64,000 nt of DNA from a virus (taxonomy: Duplodnaviria > Caudoviricetes), in the IMG/VR virus record IMGVR_UViG_3300033144_007704, positions 433-64,432 of that record, one strand, 5' to 3'. Below are positions 1 to 11,688 of the stretch, one piece after another. The translations under genes and the position numbers were made by a program. The notes beneath the pieces were generated by a model. The model ran no database searches, was not told the DNA's origin, and was given only the letters and a program-made list of their open reading frames with translations. Positions within the stretch are counted from its first letter, which is position 1. Every line of letters begins with the position of its first letter.

Positions 1-904
1 CCTCTTCCGCTTTGAAGAAAAGTTGTTGAGCAAATTGATTCCACGCCACATCTGAAATGGACTTTGCCAAATAATGGTTCTTAAGCATAGATACAATATT
101 AAGTTTTTCAATGCAAATTACACTAAATTTATTAACGATTTTCCTAGATTCTTGATGGATAAAGTTGTGTCGTCTATTGGAAATTCTTTCGTAAATACGA
201 TTAACAACTTTTTTAGCTTTCTTTCTTTCAGGTGATCCCCTCTTTTGTTTAGACAGTTTTCTCTGAGCTTTAGCGAGATCCTTTTGGTCGAACTTAAAGA
301 AGCGAGGATTCTCTACTTTTTCTTTGGTAGAAAAATATGCGAAAGTTTCGAGGCCAACATCGATTCCGACGGCTTTATTGTTTTTGCGTAAGGGTTTCGG
401 TTTATACTCAACAGAAAAGTTGGCGTACCATTTATTGTTTTGTCTTCTGATGGTACAGGTTTTTACGGTTCCAATAATAGGACGATGAAGCTTAATTTTA
501 ACAAGTCCAACTTTGGAAATGCTAAGTTTATTGTCAATTAGCTTGAATCCACTTTGGGGGAAAGTGAAACTATTATATCTATCAAAAGACTTAAATCTTG
601 GATATCCTGGATTTTCGCCTGCTTTTACACGTCGGAAAAATGCTTTGAATGCAAGGTCAACTCTGATTTGAGCATTCGCAAGACATTGAGAATAAGCGTT
701 TTTAATGTTCGGATTGTCTTTTTTCCATCGAGGTAAAAAGAGATTAGTATCATATAGCGACAAAGATTCTTTCTTTTCTTCATAGGAGTTCTTTCGGATT
801 GCAAGCGTTTCATTATAAACGTGTCTACAGGCGTCAAGCGAAGCTTGCAAAGCATGAATCTGTCCCTTGTTGGGACATAAACGAAATTTATATGATTTAC
901 GCAT
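1..904 (-). CDS. tnpB: TnpB RNA-guided endonuclease (IS200/IS605 family), 3' part outside the window
   Basis: Hand translation from ATG at 904 (minus): MRKSYKFRLCPNKGQIHALQASLDACRHVYNETL, later RuvC-I AVGIDVGLETF. Missing from the ORF track because it has no stop in the window. Confidence 0.9.
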   Translation of the reverse strand, partial: MRKSYKFRLCPNKGQIHALQASLDACRHVYNETLAIRKNSYEEKKESLSLYDTNLFLPRWKKDNPNIKNAYSQCLANAQIRVDLAFKAFFRRVKAGENPGYPRFKSFDRYNSFTFPQSGFKLIDNKLSISKVGLVKIKLHRPIIGTVKTCTIRRQNNKWYANFSVEYKPKPLRKNNKAVGIDVGLETFAYFSTKEKVENPRFFKFDQKDLAKAQRKLSKQKRGSPERKKAKKVVNRIYERISNRRHNFIHQESRKIVNKFSVICIEKLNIVSMLKNHYLAKSISDVAWNQFAQQLFFKAEE

Positions 905-1203
905 ATAAACAATTTGTTATTTATTAACGTAAATGTCAAGGAAAAAAATAAAATATTTAACAATTAAGTTTAATTTAACATTATAATAATGGGGGTGTGA
1001 GTGAAAGAGAAAGGCTTAGGAGTGATCCCAGATCCTAAAAGACCAGGCTATTATTGGATCCCGAAAATTGAAAAGAGATTTCGGAAGTTAAAGAAATCAA
1101 ATCAAATTGATACCATATTAGAAGAAGATGCCGCAATAGCAAAAAAGCTAACAGCGGCCATGGAAGAAGTTTAATAAAACAAAACAAAAAAAAGAAGGCA
1201 TTA

Positions 1204-2022
1204 ATGAGGATAATAAAAAAAACATTGCCCAAAAATTGTTATTTTGCTGAAGAATGTGAAAAGGATCAGATAGTATTACATCACCCGGAAAGTTCGACAG
1301 CAACATCGCCGATGAATTGGTGGAAGCAACAACAAAACGGAGTTGCTACGGCCTATATCGTCGATAAAGATGGAACCATATACGAGGTATTTGACCCCGC
1401 TTACTGGGCATGGCATCTAGGCAAATATGCCAACAGGGACTATAATAGGAAATCTATTGGTATCGAGATAGTTAATGAAGGATATTTGATGAGAGATGGC
1501 GGGGATTATAAATGGATGTTTGGAAAATACACTGGCTCCGTATATGAAGTAAAAGGATTACCGTGGAGAAGCCGTAAATGGTTTGCGGCATATACGCAGC
1601 CTCAGATTATTGCGGTTGCAGAATTAATAAGTATATTATGTCCGAGATTCAATATTCCAGAGAAGATATATGGAAAATTTGATTTCAACACAGATTTATT
1701 AAATTACAAGGGCATTATAGCTCATTGTAATGTTCATGATGGGAAAACCGATATATCGCCGGCTTTTCCGTTCAAAGACTTAGAGCCTATTGCTTTTCCT
1801 CAACTAATATTGGTTGGACCTCAGAAAGAAGCAAAATGCCCTGTCTGCAAAGAAGACGCATTGATATATGGAGAAGAACACAATATTGTTTCGAGAAAAA
1901 TTTATATAGGCAATTGGAAATGCTCTAATTGCGGGAATATCGGACAAGCTGAATATTCTATGGAATTTAAAAGACATATTTTGCAACCCAAAGGAGATAT
2001 GAATGTTAAAAATAGTGGGTAA
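1204..2022 (+). CDS. N-acetylmuramoyl-L-alanine amidase (Amidase_2-type endolysin) with C-terminal CxxC Zn-ribbon extension
   Basis: IVLHH, YIVDKDGTIYE, WAWHLG, NRKSIGIEIVN, IIAHCNVH...KTD motifs; CPVC...CSNC at the C-terminus. Confidence 0.85.
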   Translation: MRIIKKTLPKNCYFAEECEKDQIVLHHPESSTATSPMNWWKQQQNGVATAYIVDKDGTIYEVFDPAYWAWHLGKYANRDYNRKSIGIEIVNEGYLMRDGGDYKWMFGKYTGSVYEVKGLPWRSRKWFAAYTQPQIIAVAELISILCPRFNIPEKIYGKFDFNTDLLNYKGIIAHCNVHDGKTDISPAFPFKDLEPIAFPQLILVGPQKEAKCPVCKEDALIYGEEHNIVSRKIYIGNWKCSNCGNIGQAEYSMEFKRHILQPKGDMNVKNSG

Positions 2023-2728
2023 ATTCGGCATGTATAACGGAAATGGAGATGAAATTAATATAACATTTTCTTCAGATGATGTAATCGATTGTTTTACTCA
2101 ATTACATCCTTTTTTAGAAATGCCAGCTATATTAACATTTGATGAATTCTTAAGACTCGAGGGTGTGATCCATTCATATTCTGGAAAAAGAAATAAAATA
2201 TCGTTATATATTACCATAAATGATGATTCCGACAATACTCAGAAATTAGTAGCTTTAAGGGGTAAAACTATACTTCTTGAAGCAAAAATCGATAAAACCA
2301 GACCTATGCCTCTCCAGAAGGTCGATCATCAATTTTTAAGTAAAATCCGGGCCATTATCTGGAAAGCGGCAAAATATGCGGGAATGATTAGCTCGGAGTT
2401 AGAACCATTAATTAAAGATTATTGGGGAAACCCTAATTTTTCACTAACCACAAATACCTATCATGTTGACGCAGAAGAATATTATAATATTATCAAGAGA
2501 TATATTATAGACAATAAAATTCCGGGCGTTTTAAATGAGGAATTTATGGATTCTGTTACAATGGACATCAGGAGAGCCAGGCGAGAGAAAATATGCGTTA
2601 TCTGTGGTCAATCAGCAGAAGATAGCGAAGGTATATTCAGTCTATGCTTAGAACATAAGAAAGAATTTCTTAATCTTGGTAAAAAAGCATTTACAGAACT
2701 ACATCATCTTGGACAGGGGGCAATATAA
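2003..2728 (+). CDS. Hypothetical phage protein with C-terminal CVIC...CLEH Zn-finger
   Basis: 241-aa ORF with SD (AAGGAG), overlapping the amidase gene. Confidence 0.6.
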   Translation: MLKIVGKFGMYNGNGDEINITFSSDDVIDCFTQLHPFLEMPAILTFDEFLRLEGVIHSYSGKRNKISLYITINDDSDNTQKLVALRGKTILLEAKIDKTRPMPLQKVDHQFLSKIRAIIWKAAKYAGMISSELEPLIKDYWGNPNFSLTTNTYHVDAEEYYNIIKRYIIDNKIPGVLNEEFMDSVTMDIRRARREKICVICGQSAEDSEGIFSLCLEHKKEFLNLGKKAFTELHHLGQGAI

Positions 2729-3027
2729 AAAAGATACTTAAAGAAATTATAATTGCTATTGTGGTGACTACAATACCAGAATTAATTCGAACCATATTTG
2801 GCGGAAATAAAAAGAAAGAGAAATAATAATGAAATATATACTATATAGTTATGAAAGAAAAAAGGTTGCCAAGGTATATGGTAAAGGAAATCTGGAAAAA
2901 GTAAGGGACGAAGTTTATTTTAAAGGGAAAAGAGACGGATTGGTTATTCATTATTTAGATGAGGATTCATTTTTTAAGCTTAAGAATTCCGAACATGCAT
3001 ATGATCTATGGACGGAAAGGGAAGTAG

Positions 3028-3630
3028 ATGGAAAATGAAATAAAAATAAGCAAGATGTCTGGAAAGTTATTTGGAATTCCTTCTATTAATACCAATCCCC
3101 TAAGTAATCCCTTTTGTATAAAAATGCGCAAGACTGATACTATTTGCAAAAAGTGTTATTCGATAGCGATGCTTAATAGATTTAGGACTTCGTGCATTCT
3201 TCCGTTTCAGCATAATTCGGAAATATTGGCAGCAAGCATAATAAAATGGAATGAGTTGCCTATATTTAAAGAAAAGATAGTGAGATTTAATTCTCACGGA
3301 GAATTATTGAACAAAATTAATTATCTTAATTATGTAAGAATAGCTCAGAGAAATCCAGGAACCAGGTTTGCTCTTTGGAGCAAACGAAAAGATATTATTA
3401 AAAAAGAGATGATTCATATAGATAATTTAATATTAGTATATTCCGAACTGAAGATTAATAAAATAAATTTAAAAATTCCACGAGGATTTGATAAGATTTT
3501 TGCAGTATACGACGAGAAATTTGCAAAAGAGAATAATATTAAAATCAATTGTGGCGGGAAAAAGTGTATGAGATGCATGTTGTGTTATCGTAATAATGGA
3601 CCTAAATTTATTAGGGAATTAATAAAATAG
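3028..3630 (+). CDS. Gene 88 (GP88)-like Cys-rich phage protein
   Basis: KMSGKL..SINT, C..(CKKCYS), VRFNSHGE and C-terminal NCGGKKCMRCMLCY pattern recalled from this family. Confidence 0.6.
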   Translation: MENEIKISKMSGKLFGIPSINTNPLSNPFCIKMRKTDTICKKCYSIAMLNRFRTSCILPFQHNSEILAASIIKWNELPIFKEKIVRFNSHGELLNKINYLNYVRIAQRNPGTRFALWSKRKDIIKKEMIHIDNLILVYSELKINKINLKIPRGFDKIFAVYDEKFAKENNIKINCGGKKCMRCMLCYRNNGPKFIRELIK

Positions 3631-3640
3631 GAAAGCAGAA

Positions 3641-4438
3641 ATGGAACAATCATTTAACGAAGTAATAATTAAACATGAAGAGGCGGCGGCTAAATGTGAG
3701 GAAAAACTCAAAGTTGCCTATAAAAGGAATGTCGCCTTAGAAAAAGGTATCGTTGTGGGAAAAGTGTTTTCGATTCCCACGGGGGATGGACACGCTTTTT
3801 ATGAAATAATGGCAATCCAAAAAACGTTATGTCGAATAAAATGGCGGCCTGATTTAGATATTGATGAATGGCAAGATTGTGTGCTTGGAAATGGCGGTAG
3901 GTTTCGTAACGAAAATATTGAAAGAATAATTTTAATGGAAGAGAAGATGGATGAGTTGATTTATTAAAATTAAGTGATTAGAAAACAGAAGAGCAGGTCT
4001 TAACGACCTGCTTTTATTGGAGCAAAAAAAATGTTATGCAGAAAATTAGGTCAATCGATAGAAATGGCTTCATGTGCAATCTGCGATAAAAAAAATAAGT
4101 GCCAAATGTTCATTAGGTGGCATGAAGAAAATCAGAATAAGTATGATAGATTTATTCTGAATCATGTTAATAAATATCCGGAAAAATACAAGTTGGAGGT
4201 AATTATAGTGGCTACAAATCCAAAAAGAAAAGAAAATTTAATCATAGTTCTTGACGGTAAAGAAATAGTAGAAGTGATCCCAAAAAGCAAACTGAACGGT
4301 TTGTCAAATGAAAAAAAAATGAAATACGCAGGAATGGAATTATTGGAAGCACTCCCAAGAAAACTCAAGTTAATATTAAGCATAAAGACGGTACAAGTAG
4401 ATTGGGATGGAAAAATTAACATCAAAAAAGCGAGGTGA
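3641..4438 (+). other. Two hypothetical phage genes (3641..3967, 4031..4438)
   Basis: ORF track; co-directional, no recognised motif. Confidence 0.55.
3992..4015 (+). terminator. Intrinsic terminator
   Basis: AGCAGGTC-ttaac-GACCTGCT stem-loop followed by T run. Confidence 0.65.
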
Positions 4439-4637
4439 TAGTGCAAAAAATATTAACATTATTAAAAGACATAAAAACAACGTCCAGGTTAATGTATAGC
4501 CCTGTATTCAAAGATTTTGCAAAAAGAATTGATGAAGCCATAGAACAGTTAGAATCTCGCAGGGGTTTAAAATAATCTAAAAATATCTTGACAAATAATG
4601 ATAAATATATCAAACTGTTTTATGGAGAATATAAATA

Positions 4638-5201
4638 ATGAAATTATCTCAGTATGCAAAATTAAATAATGTCACCTATAGAACAGCATATCGACATTGG
4701 AAGACTGGTATTATCAAGGGAAAACAATTACCAACTGGCACTATAGTAATCAATGAAGAAAGATTGAACAATAATTATATCATATATTGCCGAGTATCTT
4801 CTCACGATCAGAAAAAGGATCTAGAAAGACAAAAGCAAAGACTTCTTGATTATTGCAGTGCCAAGGGCTGGCTGGTAAAACACGTATATTCAGAAATTGC
4901 GTCCGGATTAAACGACGATAGGAAAATCCTAAACAAGATATTGTCTTCTGATAGTAATATCGTTGTTGAATACAAGGACAGATTAACCAGATTTGGATTT
5001 AATTACATCCAATTATTAATGGACAGGATAGGTAATCATGTTATAGTTATTAATGAAGACGAGAATAAGGATGATCTTATCCAGGATTTTATATCTATCA
5101 TTACGTCCTTTGCTGCGAGAATTTATGGACGGAGAAGAAGTAAACGAAAAACAGAACGCCTAATAAAGGAATTGAAATATGAAGCTTCAGCGCAGCAGTA
5201 A
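4638..5201 (+). CDS. tnpA: IS607 serine transposase TnpA
   Basis: N-terminal MerR-like HTH (MKLSQYAK..VTYRTAYRHWKTG), catalytic YCRVSS..QK.DLERQ, SEIASGLN, DRLTRFGF, SFAARIYGRR. Confidence 0.95.
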   Translation: MKLSQYAKLNNVTYRTAYRHWKTGIIKGKQLPTGTIVINEERLNNNYIIYCRVSSHDQKKDLERQKQRLLDYCSAKGWLVKHVYSEIASGLNDDRKILNKILSSDSNIVVEYKDRLTRFGFNYIQLLMDRIGNHVIVINEDENKDDLIQDFISIITSFAARIYGRRRSKRKTERLIKELKYEASAQQ

Positions 5202-6359
5202 AATACACTTTGACAAGTGGTTAACGAAAGCGAAAAAGGATAAAATTAATCTTATCCTCAACGAGTACGCTTCGGTAGTTAATTATTTTATTATCACTTA
5301 TGAAACCGATATTCCCGATACGTCTCAATTTGATTTGAGTTATGCCGTTTACATACAAAAATGCATAAAGGATACCAAAACATGGTTATCTGCCAGAATG
5401 ATAAAGAACGCGTTCTCAGAAGGCTATGGTATGGTTCTTGCTGCAAAAGAAAAAGCAGATAAGGATAATCCTTATGTCAGGCCAGTACATCATGGAAAGA
5501 AGGCTATTTTATCATCTACAATTAACACTCAATCAGAAGATGTTTCTACCGTAGATTTTGATTTTAATGTGACCTTATGCTGTATTGGAAACAAAATGAA
5601 AATATCCGTTCCGCTTAAGAAACATAAACATTGGAACAAATTGAACACTCTCGGAAAAAGATCGAAATCCATCACTCTCACCAGAAAATATATTCAATTC
5701 AGCTTCGAGATTAAGACCGAGCCGAAAAAAGAAAGCGGAAAACTGCTTGGTGTAGATATCGGAATCAATAAACTATTTGCAACCAGCGACGGGAGTTTCT
5801 TTGGAAGGGGATATAAGCTTCTTCTCGAAAAACTTACCAGGAAAGAACGTTGCAGCAAAGGCTATTATCGTACCAAGAATGAAATCAAAACTTTTATTAA
5901 TGTCGCAATAAATAATATCTTCAAAGACGACTTGCAACTCATTGTCGTTGAAAAGCTAAAAGGCTTAAAGAATAAAATGAAAGAGAGACGGCGACTTTCT
6001 AAAAATATTCGTCGATTTATCAGTGCTTGGGCGTATAGATATATTTTAAAAATATTCGTCGATTTATCAGTGCTTGGGCGTATAGATATATTTTAAACCG
6101 AATCGAACAGGTTTGCGAAATCAACCGTGTTAGTTTTCGGTCTGTTCCGGCGTATAATACTTCTATAACCTGCCCGAGATGTAGCCATGCCGATAAGGGA
6201 AACCGAAAGACACAAGAGAATTTTCGATGTCTGAATTGTGGTTATGCAGGCAATGCCGACTTTGTGGCATCCCAGAATATCCTTGTTCGATTTCTTACGG
6301 GACCCTACTGTGCCCGTTTCAAACCCGATGACTATTTGGCTTATTTGTCAATAGAATAG
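5179..6359 (+). pseudogene. tnpB: TnpB frameshifted by a 47-bp tandem duplication
   Basis: ORF stops at 6096. The missing C-terminus (NRIEQVCEINR...CPRC...CLNCGYAGNADFVASQNI...YLSIE*) continues in another frame to TAG 6357-6359 and matches the intact copy at 60308..61480. Confidence 0.9.
6000..6097 (+). repeat. Perfect 47-bp tandem duplication inside tnpB
   Basis: AAAAATATTCGTCGATTTATCAGTGCTTGGGCGTATAGATATATTTT occurs at 6001 and 6048; single copy in the sister element. Confidence 0.95.
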
Positions 6360-6366
6360 GGAACGG

Positions 6367-6432
6367 TCGATTGTTATATCGATATTACCTCATGCACGTA
6401 AGGGAATGCTGTTAATCCCTTTCCCGCGACCA
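6367..6432 (+). pseudogene. Degenerate tRNA-like sequence (CAT in loop, CCA end), 5' acceptor strand apparently left at 4557..4565
   Basis: Hairpins TCGAT/ATCGA, TTAC-ctCATgcac-GTAA and AAGGGA/TCCCTT; 3' CCCGCGA-CCA pairs with TCGC(A)GGG left of the IS. T-loop is non-canonical. Confidence 0.4.
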
Positions 6433-6441
6433 TTATTATGT

Positions 6442-6798
6442 GGGGCTGAATTGGTTTCGACATGAGACTTGAATTACCTCATGCATGCCGAGAGGTGTCG
6501 TAAACTCTCGTGAATAATTACGGCATAGTAGAATAATCGGCGAAGAATTACTTAAAGCTGCTTAAAGCAGCGCTGCGGAATGCCTTATCGTTTTGGTGTT
6601 TAATCGCGGTTCGATATAAACGATAGCCCGTGATCGCGAGGGGGTGAATAAGTTGTCTCGCGAGATCTTCCTACGTAACGAATAGTGCGTCGATTTTGCC
6701 GGTTAAATGTTTATCGATAAAAACCAACCGGACAAGCATGTAGAGTGAGATATGAGAGTTATCATGGACAGGAATTTCGATATTCCTCAGCTCCACCA
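6442..6798 (+). ncRNA. ssrA: tmRNA, tag reading frame GEELLKAA* at 6539..6565
   Basis: 5' GGGGCTGAATTGGTTTCGAC and 3' GGAC-AGGAA-TTTCGATA-TTCCT-CAGCTCCACCA; G3:U70 Ala acceptor stem; GCATGC/GCATGT helix; ATAATC before resume codon; tag ends in AA. Confidence 0.95.
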
Positions 6799-8087
6799 TA
6801 TATCAGTAGATGGTATACGGTTATAAGAAAACTATTGATTAACGATTAATAAAAAGATTATTTATGGATTGTTTACAAGGTGTTTATGAGGCACTAACCT
6901 TGCATTTGATCCATTTTTTAATTAAGGGGAGAAAAAATGAAAGAAAGAGAATATGAAATAGCCGTGGATTATAGAATCTGCGGAACAGTTAGAGTTAATG
7001 CAAAGTCGTTCCAAGCCGCGATGCTTCTTGCTTGGGCTTGTGGAACTGAAGACGTGCACCATAAAGAATATATCGAAGACTCATGGATGGTAAATAAGGA
7101 AATGTCAGAAAATTTTTTAAAGAACAAGAATGTCGTGGATGATGATGAAATGAGCTCAGAGAAAAGGGAAGCTCTGAGAGAAGATATTTTAGAAAGATAT
7201 GATAACGAAGAATATTGGAATCTCGATATATTGGGAGATCCGGAATTATGAAGCTCTGGCTAAGATTAGGCGACGTTGCAGAATATGAGGATTATGATAT
7301 TATCGAAGAAATTAAAGAGATTTTTGAAGAAAGAGAATTAACGAAAGATTTCACTCGTTCTCATCAATATGGAATTAAGAACGCTGAGTTTTATGGGAAT
7401 AACTACATTTCTTTATATTATGGTGATGGGGAAGCTCAAGCCATAAAACCGATAAACGACGACGAGTTGAATTATTTAAATGATTAATTTAAAAGAGGAG
7501 AAAAAATGACAAGAGGAACAGCGATCATTATTACAAAGAACAATGTATATTCGACTGTCGAATATAACGGCGATATGTATCCTGATGGTAAAGGGGACGC
7601 AATGTTGCAAGATTTAAGAAAGATCCACGCCAAAAAGGATTTACTCGAACTTCAGGCAAAATGGATTGACAACTACGGATATACTGAGGAAGAAAAGAAG
7701 AAGCTATATCCTTACATTCATACCACAAAGTGGCTTATTGAAGAATTGAAATGGCTTACCAAACACGAAAATATGACAAAGAAAGACTTGTTTAAAGCTG
7801 TGGTAAATTATTTTAAAATAAGCAATAATTTCAAAAAACAGATTATTGATTTTAGAATTGATTATTACAAATATTGGTTTTCTGATTGGCTATTCATTAA
7901 AAATATATCTAATGAAAAGTTTGTTATTGTTGAGAATGATGATGAGAAATTAAGACAATTTGATATCTTGCCTGGCAAGACGATACGTCTCAGCTTTGGA
8001 CAGGAGCCAGATGATCCTGAGATGTTAGAAAAAACATTAACGGAAATCGAAGATGAAAAAATATAAAATAAAAAGGGGAAGACAAAA

Positions 8088-8969
8088 ATGTCACATATTG
8101 CAGTATTAGTAATTGGAAAAAATGTAGAGAAGCAACTTAGGAAATATGACGAAAATATCGAAGTAAAGAGATATGTAAAATATAACAAAGAAGAGCTTAT
8201 CAATCAAGGACGAAAGCATATTGAAGATTATAAGAATGGAATATATGCTAAGTTTCTTAAAGATCCGGAAAAATATAAGGCTGAATGCAAAAACAATGGA
8301 CATCTTAATTACGTAGAGAACGAATTTCCGAAGAAACTGGACTGGACAGATGAGCAAGTTTATGCTGATGAAATAAAAGGGTATGAATCGGGAGATGTAG
8401 GCAAAAAAGGAGAAGTTTATTCCACCTACAATCCAAGATCACGATGGGATTGGTATGAAATTGGCGGCAGATGGAGAGATACTTTTCCGATTAAAGATGG
8501 ATGTGTGGGCATAAAAAATAGAAGATTAGAACAATTCGCGGGAAGTCTTTACAGGAAATCTGAATCTGGATATGCGGACAGTGCGATGAAAGGAGATATC
8601 GACTGGGCGAAGATCCATCAGTCCAAGAAAGCTTATGATAAAGCAATTCGATTTTGGGAGATGAAGGTTAATGGCGATAAACCTACTACAAAACAAGAAA
8701 AAACAGAATTGAATTGGGATATGCATAAGGACGAATATTATCTCGATCGCTATAAAACAAAAGAGAATTATGCCAGGTGTCAATCTAATTTCGCAATGTG
8801 GGCTGTTGTTAAGCGTGGTAAATGGTATGAAAAGGGCTCAATGGGAATGTTTGGTTGTGCCGACGAAACCCATGATGAAGCGGTTGATTGGGAATTGAAT
8901 TTCTATGATCACTTTATTAAGGATTTACCCGACGATACTGTTCTCACCGTAGTAGATTGCCATATTTAA
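8088..8969 (+). CDS. Conserved phage hypothetical protein
   Basis: MSH..VLVIG start, YNPRSRWDWYEIGGRW, GKWYEKG.MG.FG and terminal VVDCHI, a pattern recurrent in large phages. Confidence 0.7.
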   Translation: MSHIAVLVIGKNVEKQLRKYDENIEVKRYVKYNKEELINQGRKHIEDYKNGIYAKFLKDPEKYKAECKNNGHLNYVENEFPKKLDWTDEQVYADEIKGYESGDVGKKGEVYSTYNPRSRWDWYEIGGRWRDTFPIKDGCVGIKNRRLEQFAGSLYRKSESGYADSAMKGDIDWAKIHQSKKAYDKAIRFWEMKVNGDKPTTKQEKTELNWDMHKDEYYLDRYKTKENYARCQSNFAMWAVVKRGKWYEKGSMGMFGCADETHDEAVDWELNFYDHFIKDLPDDTVLTVVDCHI

Positions 8970-8974
8970 TTTAA

Positions 8975-9010
8975 TAAAAGGGAGAACGCCGAGGTGTTCT
9001 CCCTTATTTA
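8975..9010 (+). terminator. Intrinsic terminator (possibly bidirectional)
   Basis: AAGGGAGAACGCC-ga-GGTGTTCTCCCTT hairpin immediately after the stop at 8969. Confidence 0.7.
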
Positions 9011-11367
9011 TTGGGAGGGAAAATGAAAGAAAATGAAAAATCGGAAAATAAACTGATAGATGGAATCTGGAAAATGTTCAGTTTCAATGGATTATCAAAC
9101 AAAAAAATTGAAAATATCGAATCAAATTGCGGAACGGTTTGGTTTAAAATCGATGATCAAGATTATTACATATCCATTCAGGAATGTGAAGTGAGGGACG
9201 AATGAGAATAATCATTGCAGAAAAATGTTTACGTTGCGGAGGAAAAGGCATTGAGCCGTCAACAGAAAAATATCTACCGGAAAATAGCCTGCCAGAAAAA
9301 TGTCATCATTGCAAAGGAGAAGGATCTATTTCTTTTGAAAAAGAAGTGCTGGAAGTTCAAATTCCCCTAGGCGGCAAATTGCAGCATATGTCTGGGAAGG
9401 GATATTTAATATATTGGAAACCGGAGGATCAATTATTATTGTGACTGAATGGTGCTCGAATTGCAGCAGGGAAGTTGAAATTCCATCAGATAGAGTTTCG
9501 CGGTGTCCTGTCTGTAATGCGGAAATATATCCGTGTTGCATGTGCGACATGGACGAGGTTGTCTGTAATTGGAGCAAAAAGAACGGTTGTTCAAGATTTC
9601 CGAAGGAGGGAAAATGTTAAGAAAAGAATTAGCGAAGAGAGTGTTGGAATTTCATAGAAGGAAAGCCAAGGTAATTTTTAAGGAAACTGGCGTAGCATAT
9701 TTATTACCGGCTGATGAAAAAGATATTCTGAAAGCTCGGAAGAGTGTCCTTATTGACTTTATAAAGGGAGCACGTTCTGTCGAAACTGACGGCAAAATAT
9801 GCTTTTGGTGCTTTACTAATCGTATCAATGGGGAGAGTCTACATTGTTTTGGCTGTAAATATGGAAGAAGGCATGGATTTTGTAATGATGATTGGAGTGA
9901 TTACAGTAGAATTGGTGCGGTTTCCGATAGTTGGAATGTTGGAATAATAGGATTAATAGGTAAGGGTGTAATCGAGCAATGGATTGAAGAATTATTTGGG
10001 GAGGAAGAATGGCAGAAATGAGAAGATGTATTTTTGAAAACTGTGGACATGTGACAGAAAGGGATGATTTTCTTGATCATTTAATAGAAGTTCATGGATA
10101 TAGGCTTGTTCAGACATTATCAGATTTAATTGAAGAAGACGAGGGAAAAGAAGTGGAATTAATTGCAAGCGGATATGAATGGACATGCCCTAATTGCGAC
10201 ACTCTCAATAAGGAAATGGAAATACCAAATGATGAAACAGTTAGATGTAGCTATTGTAAAAATCGTTACAAAATAAGCAATTATGCTCACGCCCAGGAGT
10301 AACGAGAAAAATGCCGTGGATAATGAAATATATATATGAAAACGGGAATGGCGAATTAATATATACGGGAATTCCTCAAGAAGAAAAAGTGGACCCAAAT
10401 GATCTTACTAACGATTTAGACGAGCTGGTTGCTTTAAAATATTATCTTAACAAATACCATACAGATATTCTGAGAAAATTTGATAAATTTTATGGAGATT
10501 TCATAACTGTAAGCGAAGTGAGACAAGCTATGATGAACGGAGAAAACAATGAGGCGCCTTAACAAAAAACAAAAGAAAATGTTGGACGAATGGTATGAAG
10601 AGCATGGCGATCTGCCGGGATTAGGAATATTTAGCCTGGAAAAATGCGATGAATTTACTTATAGGTTTCTTGAGGAACTCAGAGCTGTAAATGATTTTGA
10701 GACATTACATTGGCACATTAATGGATATATTAGTGACTTGGCAATGAATAATTGTTAGATGGAGAAATAATGAATGAAAATGAAGAATTAAATCAAATAT
10801 TGAATAAAAAAATTAAAAAGGGGGATGTGAGACCTATAAGTAAGGAGGAAAAATGAATGAAACCTATGAACACGATAAGCGAATTAATATTTATGGCTCA
10901 GGAACTGATATTAAAAGAGCAATATTATTCTTAGATAAACAATTCAGCAAGATAGATTTATCTAAAAACAATGAATACGATATGAGGATTATGCTGCAGA
11001 GCATTATTGATGGCAATAAATTGAAGGCAGATATTCTGTTTAACGGAAATCGGGTTTGGAGCCTTAAAAGGATCATCAGAGATTTCAAGAGAGCTTTAAA
11101 AAGCAAACCTTGTTTAGTTAGCGAATACGGTTCTGGAGAATGGAATATGACCAATTATCTATATGAATTTTTGCATTTGGCATGCGGAAGCATAGCTCAT
11201 TATAATAAATATGGATGGATCGGCACATATCCTGAGAAAATAGATCTGAAAAATTTCTTTTATAGGAACGAATTTGGAAGAAAGGTTGTGGACGATATAC
11301 CGGGATGGAAATCGGATGCTCACAGGATTCTCCTTGAAATCATGCAAATAATTAATAAGGATGGATA

Positions 11368-11688
11368 ATGAAACTTTTAACAAAAGAAATAATGACTGCT
11401 TTTAAAAAGCAAGGCTACACGGGAAATAAAAAACCGGAAGACATCAAAATTATCGTTAAGTTTTTTACTCCTGATGGCCCAGCTACTTGGTTTTGTTATG
11501 AATTGGAAGATAATGGCGATATCCTCTGGTGTTTTGCGAATCTTGGTAACGATATGTTTGCTGAATTAGGAACAGTGAGATTATCGGAATTAAAAAACAT
11601 AAGAGGACAATTAGGGTTGCCCGTCGAACGCGATAAATATTTTGGCGAGCACACGCTCAATGAAGTAATAAATTTTAAAATGAGGTAA
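11368..11688 (+). CDS. DUF2958-family protein
   Basis: MKLLTKEI, VKFFTPDGPATW, ELGTVRLSEL, GLPVERD.YF. Confidence 0.8.
   Translation: MKLLTKEIMTAFKKQGYTGNKKPEDIKIIVKFFTPDGPATWFCYELEDNGDILWCFANLGNDMFAELGTVRLSELKNIRGQLGLPVERDKYFGEHTLNEVINFKMR

Larger units (their letters stand above)
4566..6366 (+). mobile_element. IS607-family element (tnpA + tnpB)
   Basis: Serine recombinase plus TnpB. Ends set by comparison with the sister copy at 60234..61422: both start after a G run and end in TAGGGAACGG, consistent with IS607 GG crossover. Confidence 0.85.

Noticed and set aside
554-963. ORFs 554..736 (+) and 625..963 (-)
   Set aside because: Shadow frames of the minus-strand tnpB.
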